Below are positions 21,205-30,090 of a stretch of DNA of 64,000 nucleotides, one piece after another. A program made the translations under genes and the position numbers. Every line of letters starts with the position of its first letter. The stretch's first letter is position 1. The stretch is taken from the NCBI GenBank assembly GCA_038184435.1, contig CP116227.1:2943814-3007813 (forward strand), written 5' to 3'. The notes under the pieces were generated by a model that saw only the letters and a program-made list of their open reading frames with translations, ran no database searches and had not been told where the DNA came from. This DNA comes from Nocardioides alkalitolerans. GTDB taxonomy: Bacteria; Actinomycetota; Actinomycetes; Propionibacteriales; Nocardioidaceae.

Positions 21205-21224
21205 ACTGGTCCAGACCACCGTAG
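21205..21224 (-). promoter_or_regulatory. DasR-like (HutC/GntR) operator overlapping the serine hydrolase -10 element
   Basis: Minus strand GGTGGTCTGGACCAGT, 14/16 match to dre A(C/G)TGGTCTAGACCA(C/G)T; TACGGT at 21219-21224. Confidence 0.5.
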
Positions 21225-21336
21225 GGCCGCCCACCGACGGTCCTCCCCTGACGAATGTCACGACCTGGGGACGGCTGTGGAGAGCCGGCCCGCGCGCCCC
21301 GGCAACGGGAGTACGGTGCGCCGGAGGAGGCAGCCG

Positions 21337-22719
21337 ATGACGACCAGCACCCCTGCCGGGGAGCACCACGAGCCCGACCCGGGCCACCCCGCGGTGGCCG
21401 CCCTGCGGGCGGCGGTGCGGACCGCCACGGTCTCCCACCGCGACCCCGACCGGGTGGACACGACGACGTTCGACCGGCTCCACGCCGTGCTGGCCGAGCA
21501 CTTCCCGCTGCTCCACGAGCGGCTGGAGCTCTTGCACGTCCCGCGGCAGGCCCTGCTGTTCCGCTGGCGCGGCCGCACCAACGCCGATCCGGTCGTGCTC
21601 ATGGCCCACCTCGACGTCGTGCCCGTCGAGCCCGCGGACACGTGGACCCACCCGGCCTTCGACGCGGTCGTCGCGGACTCTCCCGAGGGCCTGGCCGTCT
21701 GGGGCCGCGGCACGCTCGACGACAAGGGCTGCGTCGTCGCGATCTGCGCGGCCGTCGAGCGGCTGCTGGCGAACGGTGCCACCCCCGAGCGCGACGTCTG
21801 GCTGTCCTTCGGCTGCGACGAGGAGGTCTCCGGCAGCTCCGCGGAGGCCGCCGTGGCCCACCTGCGGGACGCCGGCGTGACCCCCTGGTTCGTGCTCGAC
21901 GAGGGCGGCGCTATCGCCGCGGGCGCCTTCCCCGGCGTGCGTCGCCCGATCGGCGTCGTCGGGGTGACCGAGAAGGGCACCTCGCTCTTCGAGCTGCGGG
22001 CCACGGGTCGCGGCGGTCACTCCTCGACCCCGGCCCGCAACGGCCCCACGGTGCGCGTCGCGCGGGCGGTCACCCGGGTCGACGCGGCCCCGATGGAGAC
22101 ACGGCTGCCGGCGCCGACGGTGGCGCTGCTGCACCGGATGGCGCCGCTGACGCCCCTGCCGCTGCGCCTGGCGCTCGGCGCCGTCGGCGGCCGGCTCACC
22201 CCGGCCCTGGCCCGCGCGCTCCAGGCCGCCGGCCCGGAGGCGGCGGCCATGACCCGCACGACGCTCGCGACCACGATGCTGTCCGGCTCGCCCGCCGCCA
22301 ACGTCATCGCCTCCACCGCGACGGCGACCGTCAACGCCCGCATCCTGGTGGGCGACACCGTCGCGAGCGTCGCCGAGCACCTGCGCCGCGTGGTCGGCGC
22401 GGGGGTGGAGGTCACGGTCGTCGAGGCGGGCGAGCCGAGCCCCGTGTCGCCCTACGAGGACGACCCGGCCTTCGCCCTGCTCGAGCGCACGATCACCGCG
22501 GTCTACCCCGAGGCCGTCCCCGCGCCGTACGTGATGATGGCGGCGACCGACTCCCGCCACTTCACCGCGATCTGCGAGCGCGTCTACCGCTTCGCGCCCT
22601 TCCCCATGAGCAAGGCGCAGCGGGAGTCGATCCACTCCTACGACGAGCGGATCACGGTCGACGGCTTCCTCGCGGGCGTGGACTGGTACGCCGCGCTCCT
22701 GACCGGGCTGCCGGCGTGA
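21337..22719 (+). CDS. M20/M25/M40 metallopeptidase (Gly-X carboxypeptidase-like)
   Basis: MAHLDVVP, GRGTLDDKG, GCDEE, DEGG, GGHSS, IHSYDERI. Confidence 0.9.
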   Translation: MTTSTPAGEHHEPDPGHPAVAALRAAVRTATVSHRDPDRVDTTTFDRLHAVLAEHFPLLHERLELLHVPRQALLFRWRGRTNADPVVLMAHLDVVPVEPADTWTHPAFDAVVADSPEGLAVWGRGTLDDKGCVVAICAAVERLLANGATPERDVWLSFGCDEEVSGSSAEAAVAHLRDAGVTPWFVLDEGGAIAAGAFPGVRRPIGVVGVTEKGTSLFELRATGRGGHSSTPARNGPTVRVARAVTRVDAAPMETRLPAPTVALLHRMAPLTPLPLRLALGAVGGRLTPALARALQAAGPEAAAMTRTTLATTMLSGSPAANVIASTATATVNARILVGDTVASVAEHLRRVVGAGVEVTVVEAGEPSPVSPYEDDPAFALLERTITAVYPEAVPAPYVMMAATDSRHFTAICERVYRFAPFPMSKAQRESIHSYDERITVDGFLAGVDWYAALLTGLPA

Positions 22720-24167
22720 GCGCCCCGGTGGTGGAGGCCGGCCCCGGCCGGGCCGTCGTCCCCGGCCTGTGGGCCGTCGTGGGGTTCCTCGTCGCGGTGG
22801 AGGTCGCGAGCGGGATCCTCCAGGGCTACTACACGCCGATCTTCACCGACATCGCCGACCACCTCGGGATCCGCGAGGGCGACGTCAACTGGTTCGAGGC
22901 CGCGCAGCTCATGCTGTCGGCGCTCGCCGTCCCGCTGCTGTCCCGGCTCGGCGACCTCTGGGGCCACCGCAACGTGCTGCTGCTCTCGACGGCGATCACC
23001 GCGGTGGGCTCGTGGGTGCTCGTGTTCTCGCCCGGCTTCACCACGTTCCTCGTCGGGTGGGCACTGCAGGGCGCCTACGTGGTGTGGCTGCCCGTGGAGG
23101 TGGCGATCATCCACCGCCGCACGGCGGGCACCGGTCAGCAGGGGCGCCTCACCCGGCGTGCCGCGGCGCTCCTCGTGGCCGCCCTCGAGGCGGGCGTGAT
23201 CCTCGGCGCGCTCACGAGCGGCGCCCTCGTCGAGGCCACCTCGATGCCGGTGCTCCTCGCGCTCCCGGCGATCACCGTCACCGTCTGCTTCGTGGTCGTC
23301 TGGTTCGGCATCGAGCGGGCGCCCGGGGTCGCGACGGGCGACTACGACTACGCGGGCGTGGGCCTGCTGAGCATCGTGCTCGGGCTCGTCATGGGTGGGC
23401 TGGTGCTGGTGCGCCTGCAGGGCGTCGGGTCGCCGTGGCCCTGGGTGCTCGTGCTCGCCGGCGTCGTCGCGACCGTCGTGCTGGTGCGCTACGAGGCCGG
23501 GGTCGAGGAGCCGCTCATCGACGTCCGGCTCCTGGCCGTGCCGGCCCAGTGGTCCGTGCAGCTGACCGCCTTCCTCTTCGGCATGAGCGTGCTGGGCGCG
23601 CAGATCCCGCTCTCGACCTTCGCGCGGGCCGATCCCGACGAGGTGGGTTACGGGCTCGGCGCCAGCGCCGGCTTCGTCTCGACGCTGGTGGGGGTCTACG
23701 TGGTGTCGCTGCTCGTCGGTGCGCTGCTGCTGCCCCTCGCCTCCCGTCTCCTCGGGCCGCGCGGCGCCATGATCGGCGGCATGCTGCTGGTGGCGATCGG
23801 CTACGGGCTCTTCGTGCCGCTGCACGACTCGACGGCGCAGCTGCTCGCCAACCTCGGGGTCGCCGGCATCGGGTCCGGCCTGCTCGTCGCTGCCCTCCCG
23901 GCCGCAGCCGCCGCCGCGGCACCGCCCGACCGCACGGGGTTCGCGACCGGCATGACGAACGCGACGAAGACCGTGGGCGGCGCGATCGCCTCGGCCGTGT
24001 TCGCCATCGCCCTCACCTCGACGGGGTCACTCGACGAGCCCGGCGTCGGGGCTGCGCCCTTGTCGGGGTACCTGACGGTGTGGACCGTGTGCTCGGCCAG
24101 CGCGCTCGTGGGCGCCCTCCTCCTCCTGGTGGCACGCCGACAGCCGGAGGCCACCCCGATCGGGTGA
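22716..24167 (+). CDS. MFS transporter (14-TM type)
   Basis: LSRLGDLWGHR motif A, many TM helices; GTGA overlap with the peptidase gene. Confidence 0.9.
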   Translation: MSAPVVEAGPGRAVVPGLWAVVGFLVAVEVASGILQGYYTPIFTDIADHLGIREGDVNWFEAAQLMLSALAVPLLSRLGDLWGHRNVLLLSTAITAVGSWVLVFSPGFTTFLVGWALQGAYVVWLPVEVAIIHRRTAGTGQQGRLTRRAAALLVAALEAGVILGALTSGALVEATSMPVLLALPAITVTVCFVVVWFGIERAPGVATGDYDYAGVGLLSIVLGLVMGGLVLVRLQGVGSPWPWVLVLAGVVATVVLVRYEAGVEEPLIDVRLLAVPAQWSVQLTAFLFGMSVLGAQIPLSTFARADPDEVGYGLGASAGFVSTLVGVYVVSLLVGALLLPLASRLLGPRGAMIGGMLLVAIGYGLFVPLHDSTAQLLANLGVAGIGSGLLVAALPAAAAAAAPPDRTGFATGMTNATKTVGGAIASAVFAIALTSTGSLDEPGVGAAPLSGYLTVWTVCSASALVGALLLLVARRQPEATPIG

Positions 24168-24286
24168 GGCGCTGCGCTGTTGCTGAGCCCGGGTTGCGGA
24201 CATCTACGGCTCTTGACGAGTTCCTGCGGGGATCGTCCGTCGGCGCACAGCCTTCGCCGAGGGAGCCCGGCTAGATTCGTCGTGCG

Positions 24287-24362
24287 CGGTCGTCCCCATC
24301 CCCCGACGGACGATCGCCCGACGCCCCCGGGCCGGCCTCCCCCGACCGGCCCGGGGGCGTTC
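24287..24362 (+). ncRNA. 6C RNA (actinobacterial small RNA)
   Basis: Hairpin CGGTCGTCC/GGACGATCG with loop CCATCCCCCGAC, CCCG linker, then 15-bp-stem hairpin ACGCCCCCGGGCCGG/CCGGCCCGGGGGCGT with C-rich loop CCTCCCCCGA; matches the 6C two-hairpin architecture. Confidence 0.7.
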
Positions 24363-24411
24363 TCCGTCCCGTGACGGCGCGCTACCGTCGATGGCACGAG
24401 GGGGTGGTGGC

Positions 24412-24957
24412 GTGCCCGAGCACGACGAGGAGCAGCGGTTCCGCGAGACCGAGCGGGACGAGCGCACCGGACGCAGTGCCGCCGCGGAGCGCATGCGGCA
24501 CCAGGGCCAGTGGGTCGAGCTGCAGCTGCAGCGCGCCCGGGACCGCGGCGAGTTCGACGACCTGCCCGGCTTCGGGAAGCCCATCGCGGACCTCGGCTCC
24601 GACCACGACCCCGACTGGTGGGTCAAGCGCCTCGTCGAGCGCGAGCAGATCACCGGGGTGCTGCCCGCCGCGCTGCAGCTCCGCAAGGAGGACGCCGAGC
24701 TCGACGGCCGGCTCGACCGGCTGACCAGCGAGGCCGAGGTCCGGCGCGAGCTCCTCGACTTCAACGAGCGCGTCCGCCGGGCCCTGTACGGCGATCCGGG
24801 AGGCCCCCCGCTCCTCACGCAGCGTCGCGACGTCGAGGCGGAGGTGGCGGCATGGCGGGGGCGGCTGGAGGAGCGCCGTACGGCTGCCGCGGAGCGGGTG
24901 CGCACGGAGCGGGCCGAGCGTGACGCGCGGCGCCGCTGGTTCCGCCGGTCGGGCTGA
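24412..24957 (+). CDS. DUF1992 domain-containing protein
   Basis: WVELQLQRARDRGEFDDLPGFGKPI..DPDWWVKR..LPAALQLRKE. Confidence 0.85.
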   Translation: MPEHDEEQRFRETERDERTGRSAAAERMRHQGQWVELQLQRARDRGEFDDLPGFGKPIADLGSDHDPDWWVKRLVEREQITGVLPAALQLRKEDAELDGRLDRLTSEAEVRRELLDFNERVRRALYGDPGGPPLLTQRRDVEAEVAAWRGRLEERRTAAAERVRTERAERDARRRWFRRSG

Positions 24958-24992
24958 TCAGTCGGCGGGCCGTGCTCCTAGACTGCCCAGCC

Positions 24993-25565
24993 ATGACCGG
25001 GACCCCGCCGACCGCGCCGCAGCTGCGGTTCTTCGAGGCGGGGCTCGACCTCCTGGCCGAGGAGGGGTACGGCGCGCTCAAGCTCGCCCCCCTCTGCCGG
25101 CGGGTGGGGGTCACGACCGGCAGCTTCTACCACGCGTTCCCGAACTGGCCGACCTACACGAACGCGCTCCTGCAGCACTGGTGGGAGGAGCGCACCGACC
25201 GTGCCCGCGTCCTCGCCGGCGAGGAGGAGGACCCGGCCCGCCGGGTCGAGCTGCTCGTGCGCGCCGCGGTCGACCTCCCCCACCGCGCGGAGGCCGCCAT
25301 CCGCGTCTGGGCCGGCGTCGATCCGGTCGTCGCACGGCTCCAGCGCGAGGTCGACGAGCAGCGCCTCGCGACCGTCACCGAGGCCCTCGCTGCCGTGATG
25401 CCGCCCGGCTCGGACGACCTCGCCCGCGACCTGGCACAGACGGCGGTGTTCCTGCTGGTGGGGTACGAGCAGTCCCACGCGAGCGGCGGACGCGAGGCGC
25501 TCGAGTGGGCCCTCCGGCTCATCCACGAGCGCGCGCTGGACGCCTGGGCGAGTCACAGGAGTTGA
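24993..25565 (+). CDS. TetR/AcrR family transcriptional regulator
   Basis: HTH GYGALKLAPLCRRVGVTTGSFYHAF; TAGACT -10 element 8 nt before the ATG (leaderless). Confidence 0.9.
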   Translation: MTGTPPTAPQLRFFEAGLDLLAEEGYGALKLAPLCRRVGVTTGSFYHAFPNWPTYTNALLQHWWEERTDRARVLAGEEEDPARRVELLVRAAVDLPHRAEAAIRVWAGVDPVVARLQREVDEQRLATVTEALAAVMPPGSDDLARDLAQTAVFLLVGYEQSHASGGREALEWALRLIHERALDAWASHRS

Positions 25566-25567
25566 CA

Positions 25568-25653
25568 ACTTTCCCCGGTCAGCCGGGGAAAGTGCCGCTT
25601 TGACCATCAAATTTGATGGTCAAAGTGGCGTGTTCCCCGGTCAGCCGGGGAAC
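25568..25653. repeat. Composite triple-palindrome REP/BIME-like element
   Basis: ACTTTCCCCGG-TCAG-CCGGGGAAAGT; perfect 28-bp CTTTGACCATCAAATTTGATGGTCAAAG; GTTCCCCGG-TCAG-CCGGGGAAC. Confidence 0.8.
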
Positions 25654-26081
25654 CGACCGGCAGCCCGCCCCAGCTCCGCGCCCATCAGCTCGACGAGGGT
25701 CTCGAGGCCGCGGAGGGGGCGCACCATGACGGTGAAGTCGACGATGCGGCCGTCGTCGCCCCAGGTCAGCATGTCGATGCCGTGGAGGTCGCGACCGCCC
25801 ACGACGGTCACGAACTCGAGCACGGCCGAGCGCTCGTCCCACCACTCCCGCTCGTAGCGCAGCCCGGGCCCGAGCACGACCAGCGCGGCGCCGAGATACG
25901 CGGCCGTCAGCTCCCGGCCCTCCTGCGGCTTGTGCACGGCGGGCGAGCGGAACACCGCCTCGGGGGCGAGGAGGTCGCGCAGCCGTGCGTCGACGTCGGG
26001 AGCGTCGCGGTGGGCGACGAGGTCGTGCCAGCGGCCGAGGGTCGGCGGGCGACCGGCGGAGGGGTCGGCGGAGGTGCTCAC
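25641..26081 (-). CDS. Nuclear transport factor 2/SnoaL-like protein
   Basis: LLAPEAVFRSPAVHKPQEGR, GIDMLTWGDDGRIVDFTVMVRPL. Confidence 0.88.
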   Translation of the reverse strand: MSTSADPSAGRPPTLGRWHDLVAHRDAPDVDARLRDLLAPEAVFRSPAVHKPQEGRELTAAYLGAALVVLGPGLRYEREWWDERSAVLEFVTVVGGRDLHGIDMLTWGDDGRIVDFTVMVRPLRGLETLVELMGAELGRAAGRFPG

Positions 26082-26108
26082 CCGGGGCAGTCAAGCAGCA
26101 CGGGCCCC

Positions 26109-26152
26109 GCCTGTCACCGGCCTGTCACCGGCCCGTCAGCGGCCCGTCAGGG
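26109..26152. repeat. 4 x 11-bp tandem repeat spanning the LLM gene stop
   Basis: GCC(T/C)GTCA(C/G)(C/G)G x4. Confidence 0.75.
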
Positions 26153-27155
26153 CGGCGGCCAGCGCCCGGTCCGCCTCGAGCAGCGCCGCGTGGTCCCACG
26201 TCGACGTGCTGGCCAGCACCTCCTCCGCGCCGGTGCGCTCGACCAGCTCCTCGAGCGCCGCCCGCACCTGCGGCGCCGTGCCCGCGAGGGTCTGGTCGAG
26301 GTGGGCCTCGACGCGGCGGCGTACCTGGTCGGGCCACGCCTCCGACCGCAGCAAGGCGGGGCTCTGCAGGGGCCCGAACTCGCCCGTCGTGCGCGAGAGC
26401 GCCATCGCGTGGGCCTCCGGCAGGGCGAGCTCCCGCGCCTCGGCGGCGGTGTCCGCCACGAACGCGTCGAGCGAGACCGTCACCCGCGGGTGCTCGGGGC
26501 CGCCGGGGTGCGGGCGGAACGCCGAGCGGTACGCCGCGAGCGCGTCCCCCACGTCGGCCGAGGCCAGCACGGGACCGCCGACGACGACCGGCAGGCCGAG
26601 GCGCGCGGCGAGGTGGAGGCCGCGCCCGGTGGCGAGCACGTGGAGCGGGATCGGGCGCCCCGTCGCGGGGCGCACCGTGACCTCCGACGTGCCGTCGAGG
26701 TAGGCCCGCAGCTCCTCGACGTCGGCGGCGAACGCCTCCGCGCCGGCGGCGAGCGCGGCGTCGACGTCGGAGCCCGCGCCGGGCACGGGATCGTGGCGCA
26801 GCGCGCGGCGCACGGGCGCCGTGAACCCCAGCGACCGGCCCACCCCCAGGTCGATGCGGTCGGGGTGGAGGGCGTCGAGCATGCGGAACTGCTCGGCGAC
26901 GACGAACGGCTGGTGGTGCGGCAGCATGACGCCGCCGGAGCCGATCCGGATCGTCGCGGTGGCGGCGCCGACGGCGGCGAGCAGCACCGGCGGGGAGCCC
27001 GAGGCGACCCCGGGCACGCCGTGGTGCTCGGCCACCCAGAACCGGTGCAGGCCCAGCTCCTCGGCGTGCCGGGCCCGCGTGATCGTGTCGTGGAGGGCCT
27101 CGCCGTCGGGGCGGCCGGCACGGGTGCGGGAGCGGTCGAGCAGGGAGAGCCTCAC
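26136..27155 (-). CDS. LLM-class flavin-dependent oxidoreductase (MsnO8-like)
   Basis: LSLLDRS, RFWVAEHHG, IRIGSGGVMLP, RIDLGVGRSLG. Confidence 0.9.
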   Translation of the reverse strand: MRLSLLDRSRTRAGRPDGEALHDTITRARHAEELGLHRFWVAEHHGVPGVASGSPPVLLAAVGAATATIRIGSGGVMLPHHQPFVVAEQFRMLDALHPDRIDLGVGRSLGFTAPVRRALRHDPVPGAGSDVDAALAAGAEAFAADVEELRAYLDGTSEVTVRPATGRPIPLHVLATGRGLHLAARLGLPVVVGGPVLASADVGDALAAYRSAFRPHPGGPEHPRVTVSLDAFVADTAAEARELALPEAHAMALSRTTGEFGPLQSPALLRSEAWPDQVRRRVEAHLDQTLAGTAPQVRAALEELVERTGAEEVLASTSTWDHAALLEADRALAAALTGR

Positions 27156-27211
27156 GTCGGCACAACGACGGGCGCCACCCGCCGCTTCCCTGCGCATGGA
27201 ATCATCCGCCC

Positions 27212-27754
27212 ATGACGTCCACCACGGAGACCGACCGTCCCGGTGCCCCGCCCCACGGCCTGCGGTGGGGCATCAAGGCGTCGTTCGTCGACTACGTGCG
27301 GCGGATGCCGGGCGGCCGGAGCACCATCTCGCACGGCGCGGGGGCGACGGGCGCCGAGGTGCTCTACGCGTTCGACCCCACCCCGCCCGACGCGACGCCC
27401 CCCGGCACGGCGCGGGCGTGGGCGTTCACCGGCGACGTCCGGTTCGCCGGGCACGGCGGCATGATGTTCGTGCGCCTCGCCACGCCGTGGCTCGAGGTCG
27501 ACGCCGACGGCGGCGCCCGCCTGTCGATCGAGGACCCCTACCAGCGGCCCGACGCCCCGCGCGTGCCGCTGGCCGACCTCACCCTCGCGCGGCACCCCAG
27601 CCCCGAGGCCGACGCGGACGGCGTCGAGCTGTGGGCGTCGCACGACGTGCGGCTCACCGCCGAGGCCGTGGAGCTCTTCAACGACGTGTACGCCGCGGGT
27701 GAGCCCCTCGACCCGCTCACCGTCGTCGTGCCGATCGGCAGCGGGACGGTCTGA
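27212..27754 (+). CDS. Single HtaA-domain protein
   Basis: WGIKASFVDYV, FTGDVRFAGHGG, FNDVYAAGEPLDPLT. Confidence 0.75.
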   Translation: MTSTTETDRPGAPPHGLRWGIKASFVDYVRRMPGGRSTISHGAGATGAEVLYAFDPTPPDATPPGTARAWAFTGDVRFAGHGGMMFVRLATPWLEVDADGGARLSIEDPYQRPDAPRVPLADLTLARHPSPEADADGVELWASHDVRLTAEAVELFNDVYAAGEPLDPLTVVVPIGSGTV

Positions 27755-27760
27755 GGCCCG

Positions 27761-28963
27761 TCACGGCAGCAGCGACTCCACGACCTCGACCGCCCGGTCG
27801 AGGCCACCGAGGGCGGCGACCTCGGCGGACAGCGCCGCCGACCGGGCCACGACCTCCGGCGCGGTGACGGCGTCGAGCGCGGCCCGGAGGCCGTCCACGT
27901 CGATCGTGGCGCTGTCGACCCGCACCGCGACGCCCGCCGCCACGAGCGCGTCGGCGTTGTCGAACTGGTCGACGTCCTGCGGCGCCGCGATCATCGGGGT
28001 CCCCGTCACCAGCCCCTCGTTGGCGCCGCCCATCCCCGCGTGCGTGAGGAACGCCGACGCGTGGTCGAGGATCTCGCGCTGCGGCACCCACGGGTGGACC
28101 TCCACGTTCGTCGGCAGCGGCCGCCCGCCGGTCACCTCCTCGGCGGTGACGTGCCGTCCCACCTGCAGCACGAGGTGCCACCCGGGCCGGTCGCCGAAGG
28201 CCGCCAGGCACCGTCGGTAGAGCTCCGGCTGCTTCGTGAACGCCGTGCCGAGCGACACCAGGAGCACCCGCCCCGAGGCGGGCGGGGTCCAGGCGGCGGG
28301 GTCGCCGCGGCGTACCGCCGGGCCGGTGAACGTGTAGACCTCCCGGTCCACGCGGTCGGCGTTTGGCTGCAGCGACTCCGGCACGAGCACGACGCAGCGC
28401 GGCGGTCGGCCGAGGTAGCGCAGCGGGTCCTCCGTGATGCCCTCGGAGGCGAGCATCGCGCGCTGCCGCTCGAGGTAGGCCGCTCCCCGCGGGTCGCTGC
28501 GCACCCACGTGGTGAACTCGGCCATGTCCTCCTCGTAGCCCTCCCACGCGACGTACGTCGGCGAGAGCTGCAGCGCCGGGATCCCCCACGCGTCCGCGAG
28601 GAGGCGGGCGGGGATGCCGGCGATGTCGTAGAGGAACAGGTCGGGGCGGTCGTCGGCGAACCGCTCCCGCACGGCGGGGAGCATGACCTCGTACTCGTCC
28701 TGGAACCGCGCGAGGTGGTCGATCGCGTCGCCCTCGAAGGCCTCCTCGGGGCCGTCGCCCTCCGTGCGTCCGGCGTGGTTCGTGCGGGGCAGCACGGAGC
28801 CGTACGGCGCGAGCTCCGCCCCCGTCGCCTCGATCGCCTCCCGGAAGGAGGGGTCGTTCACGTAGGTCACCCGGTGGCCCCGTTCGACGAGCCGGCGGAT
28901 CACCTCGAGGCTCGGGTTGACGTGGCCGGGGGCCGGGATGCTGACCATGGCGAGGTGCGCCAC
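27761..28963 (-). CDS. UDP-glycosyltransferase, MGT/OleD (macrolide-type) family
   Basis: PAPGHVNPSL, LVSLGTAF, WVPQREIL..FLTHAGMGG..MIAAPQDVDQ; GAGGAGG RBS. Confidence 0.9.
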   Translation of the reverse strand: MAHLAMVSIPAPGHVNPSLEVIRRLVERGHRVTYVNDPSFREAIEATGAELAPYGSVLPRTNHAGRTEGDGPEEAFEGDAIDHLARFQDEYEVMLPAVRERFADDRPDLFLYDIAGIPARLLADAWGIPALQLSPTYVAWEGYEEDMAEFTTWVRSDPRGAAYLERQRAMLASEGITEDPLRYLGRPPRCVVLVPESLQPNADRVDREVYTFTGPAVRRGDPAAWTPPASGRVLLVSLGTAFTKQPELYRRCLAAFGDRPGWHLVLQVGRHVTAEEVTGGRPLPTNVEVHPWVPQREILDHASAFLTHAGMGGANEGLVTGTPMIAAPQDVDQFDNADALVAAGVAVRVDSATIDVDGLRAALDAVTAPEVVARSAALSAEVAALGGLDRAVEVVESLLP

Positions 28964-29170
28964 GGGTCCTCCTCGAGGTCGTCGGACGGCGGGCGTCACG
29001 ACCGTAGCCAGCCGCCTTCCGGGAGCGCGACGGCTTTTCCGTGGTACTCGCGCGGCGTCGACCGGGTACCGGCTTGGGTGAGCACCACTACTGTCGTGAC
29101 CACGTCCCGTCCGCTCGAGCCGGGGGCGCTCCAACGAGTGGGGAGACCCAGTGCAGACGAGGCGACCGAC

Positions 29171-29710
29171 GTGAATCCCGAGACGCGGACAGAGGGGACG
29201 GCCGACGTGACCACCGCAGGCGCGAGCACGGCCCGGGCGGGCACCCCCGCCGCGGGCCCCGCCCGCACGTACGACGCATCGCTGCCCTTCGCGGACGCGT
29301 CCGCGAACTTGGCCCGCCACGACCTGCTCGACCAGCTGCGCCCCCTCGGGCTCGAGCGCCACGTGGTCGAGGACGCGACGACGATCCTGCACGAGCTGGT
29401 GCGCAACGGCATCGACCACGGCGCGCCGTGCGAGGACCACACGCTGGAGGTGCGCTGGGACGTCGCCGACGACCTCCTCACGCTGCGGGTCACCGACTGC
29501 GGCACCCCCAACGGCGCCTGCCCGCCGGAGTGCGTCGACGACGACTGCTCCGACCACGCCGAGCGGTGGCGCAGCAAGATCCTCACGCCCATCGCGCCCG
29601 ACGCGCTGCGCGGACGGGGGCTGCACCTCGTCGACGCGCTCAGCGAGTCGTGGGACGTCGAGACGGACGAGGAGGGCACGACCGTGTCCGCCCAGGTGCG
29701 GCTCCGATGA
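29171..29710 (+). CDS. Anti-sigma factor Ser/Thr kinase (RsbW-like, HATPase_c_2)
   Basis: HELVRNGIDHG (N box), LRVTDCG (G1), GRGLHLVDALSESW (G2); start codon uncertain. Confidence 0.85.
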   Translation: MNPETRTEGTADVTTAGASTARAGTPAAGPARTYDASLPFADASANLARHDLLDQLRPLGLERHVVEDATTILHELVRNGIDHGAPCEDHTLEVRWDVADDLLTLRVTDCGTPNGACPPECVDDDCSDHAERWRSKILTPIAPDALRGRGLHLVDALSESWDVETDEEGTTVSAQVRLR

Positions 29711-30090
29711 CGGCCGAGGAGGAGCAGGACACCGACCTGCTGGAGCTGGCCACCGACGCCGACAACGGCCGCGTGACGGTCGTTGGCGGTGTCTTCACGG
29801 ACCTCGACGCACGCCGCCTCGAGCACGAGCTCATCGATGCCGCCGGGACGCAGCCGGGCGGGACCCTCGCCGTCGACCTCAGCGGCGTGACGTTCCTGCC
29901 CAGCCGCGCGATCCGCTCCCTCGTCATGGCACAGCGGTCGGCCAGCGCCCGCGGCACGACGCTCCGCCTCCTCGCCGCCGAGGGCTCGCTGAGCCGGCGG
30001 ATGCTGCGGGCGGTGGGGTTCGACGTCGCGGACCCGGTCGCGGCGGACGAGGACAGCCAGGACGGTCCGCCCCCGTGGACCGCCTCGTGA
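29707..30090 (+). CDS. STAS domain anti-anti-sigma factor
   Basis: AVDLSGVTFLPSRAIRSLV; ATGA overlap with the kinase gene. Confidence 0.85.
   Translation: MTAEEEQDTDLLELATDADNGRVTVVGGVFTDLDARRLEHELIDAAGTQPGGTLAVDLSGVTFLPSRAIRSLVMAQRSASARGTTLRLLAAEGSLSRRMLRAVGFDVADPVAADEDSQDGPPPWTAS

Noticed and set aside
27761-28963. Macrolide resistance determinant
   Set aside because: MGT-family membership alone does not establish a macrolide substrate.
29030-29075. SigF/SigB-type promoter (GGGTAC -10) upstream of the anti-sigma kinase
   Set aside because: No matching GGWWT/GTTT -35 element at the expected spacing.
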